Shown here: piece by piece, positions 35,635-46,267 of the stretch | How the letters are laid out: every line of letters begins with the position of its first letter | Position numbering within the stretch: position 1 is the first letter of the stretch | Assembly (NCBI GenBank): GCA_019115825.1 | Contig: DXCV01000036.1 | Span: forward strand, 20,538-84,537 | Origin: Candidatus Bacteroides pullicola | GTDB taxonomy: Bacteria > Bacteroidota > Bacteroidia > Bacteroidales > Bacteroidaceae | Direction of reading: 5' to 3' | DNA: 64,000 nucleotides | Translations under genes and position numbers: made by a program | Notes under the pieces: model-generated | Database searches by the model: none | Told to the model about the DNA's origin: nothing | Seen by the model: only the letters and a program-made list of their open reading frames with translations

Positions 35635-36243
35635 ATGGCTAGATATACTGGACCAAAATCAAGAATTGCCCGTAAATTCGGTGAAGGTATTTTTGGAGCT
35701 GATAAAGTTCTCTCGAAAAAGAATTATCCTCCTGGACAACATGGTAACTCCAGAAAGAGAAAAACTTCTGAATATGGTGTACAGTTGCGTGAAAAGCAAA
35801 AAGCCAAATATACATATGGCGTTTTGGAGAAACAGTTCCGTAACTTGTTTGAAAAGGCCGCTACTTCCAAAGGTATTACCGGTGAAGTATTGCTTCAATT
35901 GCTGGAAAGCCGTTTGGACAACATCGTATTCCGTTTGGGTATTGCCCCCACGCGTGCAGCTGCCCGTCAGTTGGTGAGCCACAAGCACATCACGGTGGAT
36001 GGCGAAGTGGTTAATATTCCTTCTTACTCGGTTAAACCCGGTCAGATTGTTGGCGTGCGCGAACGTTCGAAGTCTTTGGAGGTAATTGCTAATTCATTGG
36101 CTGGTTTCAATCACAGCAAGTATCCTTGGCTGGAGTGGGACGATAATGCGAAGGTAGGCAAGTTGCTCCATGTTCCTGAGAGAGCAGACATTCCTGAGAA
36201 CATTAAAGAGCATTTGATCGTAGAATTGTATTCTAAAAATTAA
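35635..36243 (+). CDS. rpsD: 30S ribosomal protein S4
   Basis: [18 protein letters not shown]. Confidence 0.99.
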   Translation: MARYTGPKSRIARKFGEGIFGADKVLSKKNYPPGQHGNSRKRKTSEYGVQLREKQKAKYTYGVLEKQFRNLFEKAATSKGITGEVLLQLLESRLDNIVFRLGIAPTRAAARQLVSHKHITVDGEVVNIPSYSVKPGQIVGVRERSKSLEVIANSLAGFNHSKYPWLEWDDNAKVGKLLHVPERADIPENIKEHLIVELYSKN

Positions 36244-36251
36244 TTAATTTC

Positions 36252-37244
36252 ATGGCGATATTAGCATTTCAAAAACCTGATAAAGTATTAATGTTGGAAG
36301 CGGACTCTAAATTCGGCAAGTTCGAATTTCGTCCGTTGGAGCCCGGTTTCGGTATTACCGTGGGTAATGCACTGCGCCGCATCCTGCTTTCTTCATTGGA
36401 AGGTTTTGCTATCACTACCATCAAGATTGAGGGGGTGGAGCATGAGTTTTCCAGTGTTCCGGGAGTTAAAGAGGATGTAACTAACATCATCTTGAATTTG
36501 AAGCAAGTTCGGTTCAAGCAAATTGTTGAAGAGTTCGAGAGTGAGAAAGTAAGTATTACGGTCGAAAACTCCAGTGAATTCAAGGCAGGTGACATAGGTA
36601 AGTATTTGACTGGATTTGAAGTGTTAAATCCTGAATTAGTTATTTGTCATTTAGACCCTAAGTCTACGATGCAGATGGACATTACAATCAATAAGGGCCG
36701 TGGTTATGTTCCCGCTGACGAGAACCGTGATTACTGTACCGAAGTGAATGCAATTCCCATCGATTCTATTTATACTCCGATACGTAATGTCAAGTATCAG
36801 ATTGAGCCTTATCGTGTTGAGCAGAAGACTGACTATGATAAGCTGGTGCTTGAGATTACTACCGACGGTTCCATTCACCCGAAGGAAGCTCTGAAGGAGG
36901 CTGCAAAGATTCTGATTTATCACTTCATGCTCTTCTCCGATGAGAAGATCACGCTGGAGACCAATGATGCCGACGGCAATGAAGAGTTTGATGAAGAAGT
37001 TTTGCATATGCGTCAATTGTTGAAGACTAAATTGGTTGACATGGATCTTTCTGTTCGTGCCCTCAACTGCTTGAAGGCTGCGGATGTGGAGACCTTGGGC
37101 GATTTGGTGCAGTTCAACAAGACGGATCTCTTGAAGTTCCGCAACTTCGGAAAGAAATCGCTCACCGAGCTTGATGATTTGCTGGAGAGTCTGAATCTGT
37201 CGTTTGGAACTGATATTTCTAAATACAAATTAGATAAAGAATAA
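36252..37244 (+). CDS. rpoA: RNA polymerase alpha subunit
   Basis: [20 protein letters not shown]. Confidence 0.99.
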   Translation: MAILAFQKPDKVLMLEADSKFGKFEFRPLEPGFGITVGNALRRILLSSLEGFAITTIKIEGVEHEFSSVPGVKEDVTNIILNLKQVRFKQIVEEFESEKVSITVENSSEFKAGDIGKYLTGFEVLNPELVICHLDPKSTMQMDITINKGRGYVPADENRDYCTEVNAIPIDSIYTPIRNVKYQIEPYRVEQKTDYDKLVLEITTDGSIHPKEALKEAAKILIYHFMLFSDEKITLETNDADGNEEFDEEVLHMRQLLKTKLVDMDLSVRALNCLKAADVETLGDLVQFNKTDLLKFRNFGKKSLTELDDLLESLNLSFGTDISKYKLDKE

Positions 37245-37247
37245 ACA

Positions 37248-37745
37248 ATGAGACACAATAAGAAATTCAACCATTTGGGTCGTACTGCTTCTCACAGAAA
37301 TGCAATGTTGGCTAATATGGCATGTTCTTTGATCAAGCACAAAAGAATCACTACGACCGTTGCCAAGGCTAAGGCACTGAAAAAGTACGTTGAGCCCTTG
37401 CTCACGAAGTCCAAAAACGATACGACCAACTCGCGTCGCGTGGTGTTCAGTTACCTGCAGGACAAGTATGCCATCACGGAACTTTTCAAGGAGATTTCCG
37501 TGAAGATTGCTGATCGTCCCGGTGGTTACACACGCATCATTAAGACGGGCCACCGTTTGGGTGATAATGCTGAGATGTGCTTCATCGAACTCGTTGATTA
37601 CAATGAGAATATGGCTAAGGACAAGGCTGCCAAGAAGGTTACACGTACTCGTCGTTCCAAGAAGAACGCCGCTGCTGCACCTGCTGAAGTTGCCGCTGAG
37701 ACTCCGGCTGCTGAGGATACTAAGACTGAAGCTGCTGCTGAATAA
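37248..37745 (+). CDS. rplQ: 50S ribosomal protein L17 with Ala/Glu-rich tail
   Basis: [17 protein letters not shown]. Confidence 0.99.
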   Translation: MRHNKKFNHLGRTASHRNAMLANMACSLIKHKRITTTVAKAKALKKYVEPLLTKSKNDTTNSRRVVFSYLQDKYAITELFKEISVKIADRPGGYTRIIKTGHRLGDNAEMCFIELVDYNENMAKDKAAKKVTRTRRSKKNAAAAPAEVAAETPAAEDTKTEAAAE

Positions 37746-37766
37746 TAAATTTGCTCTTATTACGAT

Positions 37767-37806
37767 AGGGGATGCATCGTTGCTGGTGCGTCCCCTTTTT
37801 ATTTTT
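37767..37806 (+). terminator. Terminator of the alpha operon
   Basis: AGGGGATGCATC...GGTGCGTCCCCT followed by TTTTATTTTT. Confidence 0.85.
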
Positions 37807-38077
37807 ATAAACTTGGTATGTAATGCAAGGGTGTCGTTGTCTGAAAGACTTAGGCTTTGGGCTGATGCCAAAGCCCTATTGAGCTTGCTCAAATCCCTCT
37901 TTAGAGTTGCCAAGTCCCTCTTTACCTATTGGTTGGTGAGTCAGATAGGTGTTTCAAGGAAGTAGATAAGGTGATATTATAGAAGAATGCTACACAAAAT
38001 AAGGGAGGTAAAACAATCATCATCTTACCTCCCTGCTGATTTTCGGTTTGTTTGAGCTGGTTCCGCTCCGACTTTAA

Positions 38078-38299
38078 TCAATACTCGTCCTCGTTGAAAA
38101 AGAAATCTTCCTTGCTGGGATAGTCGGGCCAGATGTCTTCAATGCTTTCATATATCTCGCCTTCGTCTTCCATTTCCTGAAGATTCTCTATCACTTCAAG
38201 CGGAGCACCCGAACGCATGGCATAATCGATAAGTTCGTCCTTGGTTGCCGGCCAAGGTGCGTCTTCCAGTTTGGAAGCCAATTCCAATGTCCAATACAT
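38078..38299 (-). CDS. DUF2795-like small acidic protein
   Basis: MYWTLELASKLEDAPWPATKDELIDYA; own TACATTTG promoter at 38352-38359 (minus). Confidence 0.85.
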   Translation of the reverse strand: MYWTLELASKLEDAPWPATKDELIDYAMRSGAPLEVIENLQEMEDEGEIYESIEDIWPDYPSKEDFFFNEDEY

Positions 38300-38371
38300 A
38301 GTTCCTAAGTATTAAATGGTACTTACAATATCTTCTTTCTAAAATTTTCGGCAAATGTATAACATTTTAGG

Positions 38372-38944
38372 TTACTTGCAACCATTCCGCCAAAATATTT
38401 CATCTTTTTTCTCGTCTTTGTTTATTTTGCGAGACAAAACAAATAAATAATCGGACAAACGGTTGACGTATGCCAGCAAATCGGGGGCTATTTCTGTTTC
38501 GGCGGCCAAGGTGAGGATACGGCGTTCTGCGCGTCGGCAAACCGTGCGACATACGTGACACAGGGCGGCTCCGCGGCTTCCGCCGGGAAGGACAAAGGCT
38601 GTGAGCCGGGGCAACAGGCTGTCCAGCCGGTCTATTTCGTGTTCCATGGCTTCCACTTGTGCCGGAGTAATAATACTTGCCTCGCGCAGAGGGGTTTGGC
38701 TGCAATCGGTGGCCAGGCAGGAGCCGACGGCAAAGAGCGTGTCCTGCACGTGCCGGACGAAACAGGCGTCTTGCTCGTCTGTCAGGTAGGTGACAAGCAA
38801 TCCCAGATTGGCGTTCAGTTCGTCCACTGTGCCGTAGGCTTCCAGGCGGACATGAGTTTTGGACACGCGGGTGCCGCCCACCAGTGATGTGGTGCCGGCA
38901 TCGCCGGTGCGGGTATAAAGGACACTTTTCTTGATAGTTGTCAT
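38372..38944 (-). CDS. Corrinoid adenosyltransferase, PduO type
   Basis: [36 protein letters not shown]. Confidence 0.93.
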   Translation of the reverse strand: MTTIKKSVLYTRTGDAGTTSLVGGTRVSKTHVRLEAYGTVDELNANLGLLVTYLTDEQDACFVRHVQDTLFAVGSCLATDCSQTPLREASIITPAQVEAMEHEIDRLDSLLPRLTAFVLPGGSRGAALCHVCRTVCRRAERRILTLAAETEIAPDLLAYVNRLSDYLFVLSRKINKDEKKDEIFWRNGCK

Positions 38945-39597
38945 AAGCTGAAAGGATGTGAATAGTTGACGATGTAATCTTGCTTGGTCTTCGACTTGTC
39001 AAAAAAGAGGATGCCAAGGTCGTAGAGGTCGAAAGTGACGCCCACCCGCTCGTGTTTCCGTAATCGTTTCCACAAGGCGGTCATCTCCGGGGTATAGCGG
39101 ACGCCTTCGATGACGAAGAGCGAACGTTCTGTGGTGCGCGACACGCAGACTTCAAACGTCTGCTGCACAAAGTCCGGGCGGCGATAGTCATGCAGGTAGA
39201 GGAAATCGACCGGGACACCTGCCTCCAGAATGAGTCCGGACAAGTCGGTTGCACCCACATAGTCTGCCCCTACGCGGGCGGCTTTCAAGTAGAGGGACGA
39301 GGCGGACAGACGACCGGCATCCACTATCGTTTCCGGCCGGGCGTAGTTGACCAGACGGAACAACAGCCGCTTCAGCTTGGGGGGCTCATAGAGCCAGTCG
39401 CTTCCTTTCTCGCGCTTCAACTGTTTTTCGCGTATCCGCAGCTCCTTATATTTGTAGTAGGCCGAACGTTCGTAGACCACATCAGTGATGAAGTCGAAGG
39501 CAAAGGGCGAATGCACCCCGTATCCCCGCCGGTGGCGGAAACGGCGCAGCCAGATGAAAGGGCGCTTCAAGGCCAATGTCAGGCGGTCGATGTTCAT
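38941..39597 (-). CDS. Conserved hypothetical protein, possibly a degenerate SAM-methyltransferase fold
   Basis: [30 protein letters not shown]; 4-bp ATGA overlap with the downstream gene. Confidence 0.7.
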   Translation of the reverse strand: MNIDRLTLALKRPFIWLRRFRHRRGYGVHSPFAFDFITDVVYERSAYYKYKELRIREKQLKREKGSDWLYEPPKLKRLLFRLVNYARPETIVDAGRLSASSLYLKAARVGADYVGATDLSGLILEAGVPVDFLYLHDYRRPDFVQQTFEVCVSRTTERSLFVIEGVRYTPEMTALWKRLRKHERVGVTFDLYDLGILFFDKSKTKQDYIVNYSHPFSL

Positions 39598-39728
39598 AGT
39601 TTCTGTGGCGTACAGATTTCCTGTTTGCATTTGTTGGTACAAAATTAAGAGGAATCTTGAAAAAAGGCAAGCATACAGGAACAAAATACATATCTTTGTG
39701 CCCATAAACCAACCCACAAACAATCATT

Positions 39729-41588
39729 ATGCTGACCACCCTGCTTATCCTGGCGCTCTCCGCAGTGCTTTTCGTCTCGGGCAAGGTCCGTTCGGACATC
39801 GTTGCGCTGTGCGCGCTCATTGCCCTGCTTGTGTTTCACATCCTGACGCCCGAGGAGGCGTTGTCCGGTTTCTCCAATTCTGTCGTGGTGATGATGGTAG
39901 GCCTCTTCGTGGTGGGAGGCGCCATCTTCCAGACCGGCTTGGCCAAGATGATCAGTTCGCGCCTGCTGAAGCTGGCCGGGCAGAGCGAACTGAAGTTGTT
40001 CCTGCTGGTGATGCTGGCCACGGCGGCTATCGGCGCCTTTGTCAGCAACACGGGCACGGTGGCCCTGATGCTGCCCATCGTGGTCAGCCTCGCGCTCAAT
40101 GCCGGGACAACGCCTGCCCGCCTGCTGATGCCCTTGGCCTTTGCCAGCAGCATGGGGGGCATGATGACCCTCATCGGCACGCCGCCCAACCTGGTCATAC
40201 AGGACGTGCTGGTCCATGCGGGGCATGAGCCGCTGTCGTTCTTCTCTTTCCTGCCTGTGGGCCTGCTCTGCCTGCTGACGGGCATCGTGGTGCTGCTGCC
40301 GCTGACGCGCTGGTTCTTGTCCGGGAAGCGGAAGGAAGACCAGGCCGCCGCGTCCGGCAAGTCGCTGAACGAACTGGTGAAGGAGTACGGCCTGAGCGAC
40401 AACCTGTTCCGCCTGCGGGCCGATGCCGCGTCCGCCATCGTGGGACAGACCATCCTGGCCCTGGACGTGCGCCGGCGTTACGGGCTGAACATCCTTGAGG
40501 TGCGCCGCGGCGAGGTGTCGCAACACCGTTTCCTGAAGACCGTCACCCAGAAACTGGCTTCGGCGGACACAGTCATCGAGGCGGGCGACGTGCTCTACGT
40601 GCAAGGTCATGCCGCCGAGGTCAACCGCTTTACCCAGGACTTTGCCCTGGCCCTGATGGACGGGCACGCCACGGAGATGGCCGCGAATGCGGAACGTTCG
40701 CTGGATTTCTATGACATCGGCATCGCGGAAATTGTGCTGATGCCCTCGTCCGACCTCATCAACCGGAGGGTGAAGGAGGCGGGCTTCCGGGACAAGTTCA
40801 ACGTCAACGTCTTAGGCATACGGCGCAAGAAGGAATACCTGTTGCAGGACCTGGGGCGCGAGCGGATGCACAGCGGCGACGTGCTGCTGGTGCAGGGCAC
40901 GTGGCAGGACATTGCCCGTGTCAGCCGGGAGAATACGGATTGGGTGGTGCTGGGGCAGCCGCTGGAGGAGGCAGCCAAGGTGACGCTGGACTACAAAGCC
41001 CCTGTCGCCGCGGCCATCATGGTGCTGATGGTGGCGATGATGGTGTTCGACTTTATCCCCGTGGCTCCCGTCACCGCCGTGATGATTGCCGCCATGCTGA
41101 TGGTGCTGACCGGCTGTTTCCGCAACGTCGAGGCCGCCTACAAGACCATCAACTGGGAGACCATCATGCTCTTTGCCGGGATGCTGCCTATGTCCATTGC
41201 CTTGAAGAAGACCGGGGCGTCGGAATACATTTCCAATACGTTGGTCAGCGGGCTGGGCGCATACGGACCTATCGCGCTGATGGCGGGGATTTACTTCACC
41301 ACCTCGCTGATGACGATGTTCATCAGCAACACCGTGACCGCCGTGCTGATGGCGCCCATTGCCCTCCAGAGCGCCGTGCAGATAGGCGTCAGTCCTGTGC
41401 CCTTCCTGTTCGCGGTGACGGTGGCGGCCAGCATGTGCTTCGCCTCGCCATTCTCCACCCCGCCCAATGCCTTGGTGATGCCCGCGGGCCAATACACATT
41501 TATGGATTATGTGAAGGTGGGTTTGCCCCTCCAGGTCATCATGGGAGTGGTGATGGTGCTTGCGTTGCCGTTGTTGTTTCCGTTTTAA
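39729..41588 (+). CDS. SLC13/CitMHS-family permease with two TrkA-C (RCK_C) domains
   Basis: AFVSNTG, TLIGTPPNL, MFISNT, STPPNALV; soluble central region. Confidence 0.88.
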   Translation: MLTTLLILALSAVLFVSGKVRSDIVALCALIALLVFHILTPEEALSGFSNSVVVMMVGLFVVGGAIFQTGLAKMISSRLLKLAGQSELKLFLLVMLATAAIGAFVSNTGTVALMLPIVVSLALNAGTTPARLLMPLAFASSMGGMMTLIGTPPNLVIQDVLVHAGHEPLSFFSFLPVGLLCLLTGIVVLLPLTRWFLSGKRKEDQAAASGKSLNELVKEYGLSDNLFRLRADAASAIVGQTILALDVRRRYGLNILEVRRGEVSQHRFLKTVTQKLASADTVIEAGDVLYVQGHAAEVNRFTQDFALALMDGHATEMAANAERSLDFYDIGIAEIVLMPSSDLINRRVKEAGFRDKFNVNVLGIRRKKEYLLQDLGRERMHSGDVLLVQGTWQDIARVSRENTDWVVLGQPLEEAAKVTLDYKAPVAAAIMVLMVAMMVFDFIPVAPVTAVMIAAMLMVLTGCFRNVEAAYKTINWETIMLFAGMLPMSIALKKTGASEYISNTLVSGLGAYGPIALMAGIYFTTSLMTMFISNTVTAVLMAPIALQSAVQIGVSPVPFLFAVTVAASMCFASPFSTPPNALVMPAGQYTFMDYVKVGLPLQVIMGVVMVLALPLLFPF

Positions 41589-41589
41589 G

Positions 41590-41619
41590 AAAAAAACCGA
41601 GGCAGTGAAGTTGCCTCGG
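41590..41619 (-). terminator. Terminator of the mannan operon
   Basis: CCGAGGCA/TGCCTCGG stem preceded by an A7 tract on the plus strand. Confidence 0.75.
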
Positions 41620-41635
41620 GGGATATACAGGAAGG

Positions 41636-42433
41636 TCAGAAATAGTTGTTGCGAATCTCTTTGGCTATGTAGCGCCCCATCAGCACCTGTCCTTCCACGT
41701 CGGGATGAAGTCCGTCGCGCAGGTATTTGCCCCGTGCTGAGGGTTGCTCGAACTTCTCGCAGATGCTGCTTTCGCCGTAGCAGTCAATCAATTGCACGGA
41801 CAAGGCTTGGCACAGCTTGCGCAGGATGTCTATCTTCTGCAGGTTCTGCTCGTTGTGCACCACGTCGCCGGTCTGGATGGGCGTGCAGACGAAGACGCGG
41901 CACTTGGGATAGGTCTCGATGATGGTCTGGATGGCCCACCGCGCGCCGCCCGCCATGGTGGTCACGTCCACCTCGTCCAGCGTCTTGCCTTTCAGGGCCT
42001 CTTCCGCGCTGCCCAGGTTGACATCGTTGGTGCCCATGGAGAAGACAAAAACGTCGGGCACGGGATAGGCTCCGCTCTCCACCTCGGCTATGAACTTCTG
42101 GATGTGCACCTTGGCCACGTTGTTGTGGCGCATCTGCAACTCGTGTTGGTCCTCCGTGGGTTGCCAGCCGCCGGAGATGCCCGCGAAACCCTCGCTGCCA
42201 TAGTCCTGCGTGTCCGGATGACAGGCCCACGTGGCCGAGCCGACCGCCACATTGTGATGGGTGGCAAAGCCCAACAGGTCTACCACGGTCTTGGACCATT
42301 GTTCGCCGGCTGTGATGCTGTTGCCGTCGCAGCCGAAATTCAGTTTGCTGAAGTCGGGGAAGAGGGACTGCGCTTGCAGTGCAGTCCCCAGTCCGCCGAT
42401 GAGAAATATAAAACTAACCAGTAATTTCTTCAT
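41636..42433 (-). CDS. SGNH/GDSL hydrolase with signal peptide
   Basis: DGNSIT (block I), AVGSA, MGTND (block III), DGLHP (block V). Confidence 0.85.
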   Translation of the reverse strand: MKKLLVSFIFLIGGLGTALQAQSLFPDFSKLNFGCDGNSITAGEQWSKTVVDLLGFATHHNVAVGSATWACHPDTQDYGSEGFAGISGGWQPTEDQHELQMRHNNVAKVHIQKFIAEVESGAYPVPDVFVFSMGTNDVNLGSAEEALKGKTLDEVDVTTMAGGARWAIQTIIETYPKCRVFVCTPIQTGDVVHNEQNLQKIDILRKLCQALSVQLIDCYGESSICEKFEQPSARGKYLRDGLHPDVEGQVLMGRYIAKEIRNNYF

Positions 42434-42455
42434 TGTATTCCTCATATTTAAGTGG

Positions 42456-43646
42456 TCAAGCAAATCGTTCGATGATTTCCATGCACATGCGACCGTTGTG
42501 GTAGGGGCACTTCCAGAATCCTGCCTTGTCGTCCGTGGTGTTCACCGTGCCGTCGGCGCGGACGCTCCAATGCCATTCGCCATGCTCGCGGTCGATGAGA
42601 TGCTGTTTGATGAACTGCCAGCAGTCGTATGCCTTCTTCAAGCCCACCCCGTCGTCGAAGTGCTGGTAGAGGTTGAGATGGCCCACGACGTTCTCGGCCT
42701 GCACCCACCAATGGCGGTCGGTGTCGGTCTTCTTCTTGTCCACAAACGTCTCGTAGATCATGGCCCCGTCGGGCGTCAGCCCTTCGTCGGCTGCGGCGGC
42801 GATGTATTCCACCAGCGGCTCTACCTTGTCCAGCAGTTCCTGGTCGCCCAGCACCAGTGCGGCCTCATGGATGAGCCAGGAAGCCTCGATGTCGTGGCCG
42901 TAGGAGATGATGCGGTATTTGCTCTGCCAGTCGTCGTTGAAGAACAACTCCAGGTGGCCTGTCTTGATGTTCAGGATTTTGGTCGTGAACAGCCCGATGA
43001 GGTTGCGCAACTGCTTCTCCAGTCGCGGGTCCTTCCAGACGCGGTAGAGGTTGGCGTATGGCTCCAGGATGTGCAGGTGCGTGTTCATCGTCTTGCGCTC
43101 GTTCTCGTCCTTGTCGCTGAGGCGCATGTCGGCCATTTCGCCCCATTCGCGGCTGAGGGCCTCGCAGTAGCCGTTCTTCTTCGTGTCGAAGCTGTGTTCC
43201 TCGATGCTCTCGAAGAGGCGGATGGCATAGTCCAAGGCCTCCTGGTCGCCCGTGGCACGGTGGTATTCGCTCAGGCCGTAGATGGCGAAGCCCAAGGCAT
43301 ATATCTGCTTCTTCGTGTCCAGGGGCTGGCCTTTGTAGTCCAGTGACCAGTAGACGCCTCCGTATTCCTTGTCGTAGAAATGGTCGATGAGGTAACGCTT
43401 GGCGCGGGTGGCCGTCTCCAGGTATTCCTCCTTCTTCAGCAGGCGGTAGGCTGCCGAGAAGGTCCACAGGATGCGGGCGTTGAGGATGGCTCCCTTTTCC
43501 GCTTCCGGCATCAGTTCTTCCGTGCCGGTGATGCGCCCGTAGAAGCCACCGTGCTCGCGGTCCGTCATCTTGTTCATCCAGAACGGGAGAATGTTCCGGG
43601 TCAGCTCCCCGTACATCTCTTCCCGCATGTTCTTTACATCTATCAT
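42456..43646 (-). CDS. Cellobiose/mannobiose 2-epimerase (AGE family)
   Basis: NARILWTFS, MNTHLHILE, SYGHDIE, WWVQAE, WKCPYHN. Confidence 0.93.
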   Translation of the reverse strand: MIDVKNMREEMYGELTRNILPFWMNKMTDREHGGFYGRITGTEELMPEAEKGAILNARILWTFSAAYRLLKKEEYLETATRAKRYLIDHFYDKEYGGVYWSLDYKGQPLDTKKQIYALGFAIYGLSEYHRATGDQEALDYAIRLFESIEEHSFDTKKNGYCEALSREWGEMADMRLSDKDENERKTMNTHLHILEPYANLYRVWKDPRLEKQLRNLIGLFTTKILNIKTGHLELFFNDDWQSKYRIISYGHDIEASWLIHEAALVLGDQELLDKVEPLVEYIAAAADEGLTPDGAMIYETFVDKKKTDTDRHWWVQAENVVGHLNLYQHFDDGVGLKKAYDCWQFIKQHLIDREHGEWHWSVRADGTVNTTDDKAGFWKCPYHNGRMCMEIIERFA

Positions 43647-43647
43647 A

Positions 43648-45030
43648 TCAATGCGTCTCCTTTCTTCTTTCTTTCAAATCAGCTGTAATCTTCTGCATCC
43701 GCGAGTAGTTCAGCGGATAAATGAATATGACTAAAATGGACAACAAAGCGATACCTGCTGGGATGAAGCTCATCAAGTACTTCAGCCCGTTCAAGGCTTC
43801 GGGCGTCTGCACGGCATTCTCGGCGGTATTGTAGCCGAAAGCGGCCAGCAATGCCATCACAGCCCAGCCGGCAAAGGCGCCGCCGAACTTCTGTGCCATG
43901 GAGCCGGAGGAGAATATCAGGCCCGTGGATGCCGTGCCGTCCTTATGTTCGGCATAGTCGGCCACGTCGGCATACATGCTCCATATCAGCGGCGAAATGA
44001 TGCCCGTGCAGATGGAAATCAGCACTTGGAACAACATCATCAGCCACCAGCCTGCCACCGTGTCGGGCACGAAGAAGAACAGCACGCTGAACAGCACCAG
44101 ACCGACCAGCGCCAGATAGTACGTGGTCTTCTTTCCCAAACGTGTGGAGAACGGAACAGCCAAGGCCACGCCCAACATGTTGCAGACCTCGCCAATCATC
44201 AGGAACAGGCCGGCGTAGAGCACGATGTTGAACACGCCGAAGTCCAGGAAGGCATTGGCGCTGACGCAATCCTTGAAGTAATAGGCTGCCGTGGCGCCGC
44301 GCACGGTGTTGAAGAAGTTGGAGAGCAGGGCGATGCCGTTCAGAATCCACCAGGGCGAGTTGGTCAGCAGCGACTTCACGTCCTTGCCCAAGGATTCGCC
44401 GGACACGTTCTGCACGTGTTCGCGCGTCATGCTGAAGCACAGCAGGAAGCCGCAGAAGCAGATGCTGGCAATGACTATCATCGAGTATTGCCAGCTGTCG
44501 GACTGCCCGTAGCCCATCGACTTGAACAGATTGCACAGGGGTTCCCATGCTCCCAGCGCGATGAAACTTCCGCCGTAGGCAAAGAACATGCGGTAGGAGG
44601 AGAAGACGGTCTTCGTGTTCGAGTCGTCCGTCATCACGCCCAGCATGGCGCCGTAGGGCACGTTGATGCCCGTGTAGACGGTCATCATCAGGATGTAGGT
44701 GGCATACGCCCAAATCAATTTGCCGGTGTAGCTCCACTCCGGCGTGGTGAACAACAGGATGCCCGAAATGGCAAACGGCGCGGCAATCCATAACAGGTAG
44801 GGACGGTAGCGTCCCCAACGGGTCTTGGTGCGGTCGGCAATGACGCCCATCATCGGGTCGGACACCGCGTCCCAGATACGGGTAATCAGCATCAGCAGAC
44901 CGGCATCGGCCAGCGTCAGCCCAAAAATGTTGGAATAGAAGAACGGCAGATAATACGAGAATATCTTCCAGAACATGGACGAAGACATGTCTCCGAAGCC
45001 GTAGCCTACTTTTTCTTTTAGTGTTGCCAT
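43648..45030 (-). CDS. GPH-family sugar:cation symporter (MFS)
   Basis: YGFGDM, RIWDAVSDPMMG..ADRTKTRWGRYRPY. Confidence 0.92.
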   Translation of the reverse strand: MATLKEKVGYGFGDMSSSMFWKIFSYYLPFFYSNIFGLTLADAGLLMLITRIWDAVSDPMMGVIADRTKTRWGRYRPYLLWIAAPFAISGILLFTTPEWSYTGKLIWAYATYILMMTVYTGINVPYGAMLGVMTDDSNTKTVFSSYRMFFAYGGSFIALGAWEPLCNLFKSMGYGQSDSWQYSMIVIASICFCGFLLCFSMTREHVQNVSGESLGKDVKSLLTNSPWWILNGIALLSNFFNTVRGATAAYYFKDCVSANAFLDFGVFNIVLYAGLFLMIGEVCNMLGVALAVPFSTRLGKKTTYYLALVGLVLFSVLFFFVPDTVAGWWLMMLFQVLISICTGIISPLIWSMYADVADYAEHKDGTASTGLIFSSGSMAQKFGGAFAGWAVMALLAAFGYNTAENAVQTPEALNGLKYLMSFIPAGIALLSILVIFIYPLNYSRMQKITADLKERRKETH

Positions 45031-45051
45031 GGATTCAGGGATTAGTGTTCA

Positions 45052-46227
45052 TCATTTCATCAGTTCCATGTTCTTGTCTATCAGCTTCTTCAGCGTTTCC
45101 ACGGAAGCAGAGGTTGTGAAGCCGTCGGCAGGCGTGTTCAGGCAGTAGTCCACCAGTTTGTCCACCGTCGAAGTGGCCACGTGCATCCGCGTGTCGCTGG
45201 AAGCGTAGTAGATGAACACCTTGCCGTCCTCGTCGGCAATCCAGCCGTTGGAGAAGAGCACGTTGCTCACGTCGCCCACGCGCTCCTCGCCTTCGGGCAC
45301 CATGAATGCACCGGCGGGCGAAGCAATCAGTTTGGAGGGGTCTTCCAGGGAAGTCATGTACAGATAGAGCACATAGCGCAGTCCGGCGGCACAACCGCGG
45401 ACGCCGTGGGCCAGGTGCAACCAGCCTTTCGGGGTCTTGATGGGATGCGGGCCTTCGCCGTTCTTCACTTCCTTGATGGTGTGGTAGTAGCGTTGGTCGA
45501 TGATTTTCTCTTCCTTCACTTCGGCGTGCGTGATGTCGTCAATCAAGGCCCAGCCGATACCTCCTCCGCTGCCGGCGTCGATGAAGCCGTCTTGCGGGCG
45601 GGTGTAGAGGGCATACTTGCCGTCCACGAATTCAGGGTGCAATACCACGTTGCGCTGCTGGCTCTTGCTCTTCAGGTCCGGCAGGCGTTCCCAGGTCTTC
45701 AGGTCCTTGGTGCGGGCAATGCCGGCCGTGGCCGTGGCGGCAGAGAGGTCGCCTGCGGGGGCGTTGTTGTCGTGGCGTTCGGCGCAGAAAATGCCGTAAA
45801 TCCAGCCGTCTTCATGGGCGGTGAGGCGCATGTCGTAGATGTTGGTGGCAGGAACCACGTCGTCCGGCATCGTGATGGGGTAGTCCCAGAAGCGGAAGTT
45901 GTCCACGCCATTGGGGCTTTCGGCCACGGCAAAGAACGACTTGCGGTCGGCTCCCTCCACGCGCACTACCAAGAGGTATTTGCCGTTCCATTTGATGGCA
46001 CCCGAGTTTAGGGTGGCGTTCACGCCGATGCGCTCCATCAGGTAAGGGTTGCTCTTTTCGTCCAGGTCGTAACGCCAGAAGATGGGGGCGTGTGCAGCCG
46101 TCAGGATGGGATATTTATAGCGTGTGAAGATGCCGTTGCCGTCTTCTACGGGGATGTTCGGTCTGGTAATCAGTTCTTCGTGCTTGCGGAAGAGCTCTTT
46201 AACTCGGTCATTGAAAGTTTGTTCCAT
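45052..46227 (-). CDS. GH130 4-O-beta-D-mannosyl-D-glucose phosphorylase
   Basis: RVEGADRKSFF, YDMRLT, YTRPQDG, GDVSNV; mannan operon context. Confidence 0.92.
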   Translation of the reverse strand: MEQTFNDRVKELFRKHEELITRPNIPVEDGNGIFTRYKYPILTAAHAPIFWRYDLDEKSNPYLMERIGVNATLNSGAIKWNGKYLLVVRVEGADRKSFFAVAESPNGVDNFRFWDYPITMPDDVVPATNIYDMRLTAHEDGWIYGIFCAERHDNNAPAGDLSAATATAGIARTKDLKTWERLPDLKSKSQQRNVVLHPEFVDGKYALYTRPQDGFIDAGSGGGIGWALIDDITHAEVKEEKIIDQRYYHTIKEVKNGEGPHPIKTPKGWLHLAHGVRGCAAGLRYVLYLYMTSLEDPSKLIASPAGAFMVPEGEERVGDVSNVLFSNGWIADEDGKVFIYYASSDTRMHVATSTVDKLVDYCLNTPADGFTTSASVETLKKLIDKNMELMK

Positions 46228-46267
46228 AGGTGTTATTGTGTTAAGTTTGATTTGATTCCTTTACTCC

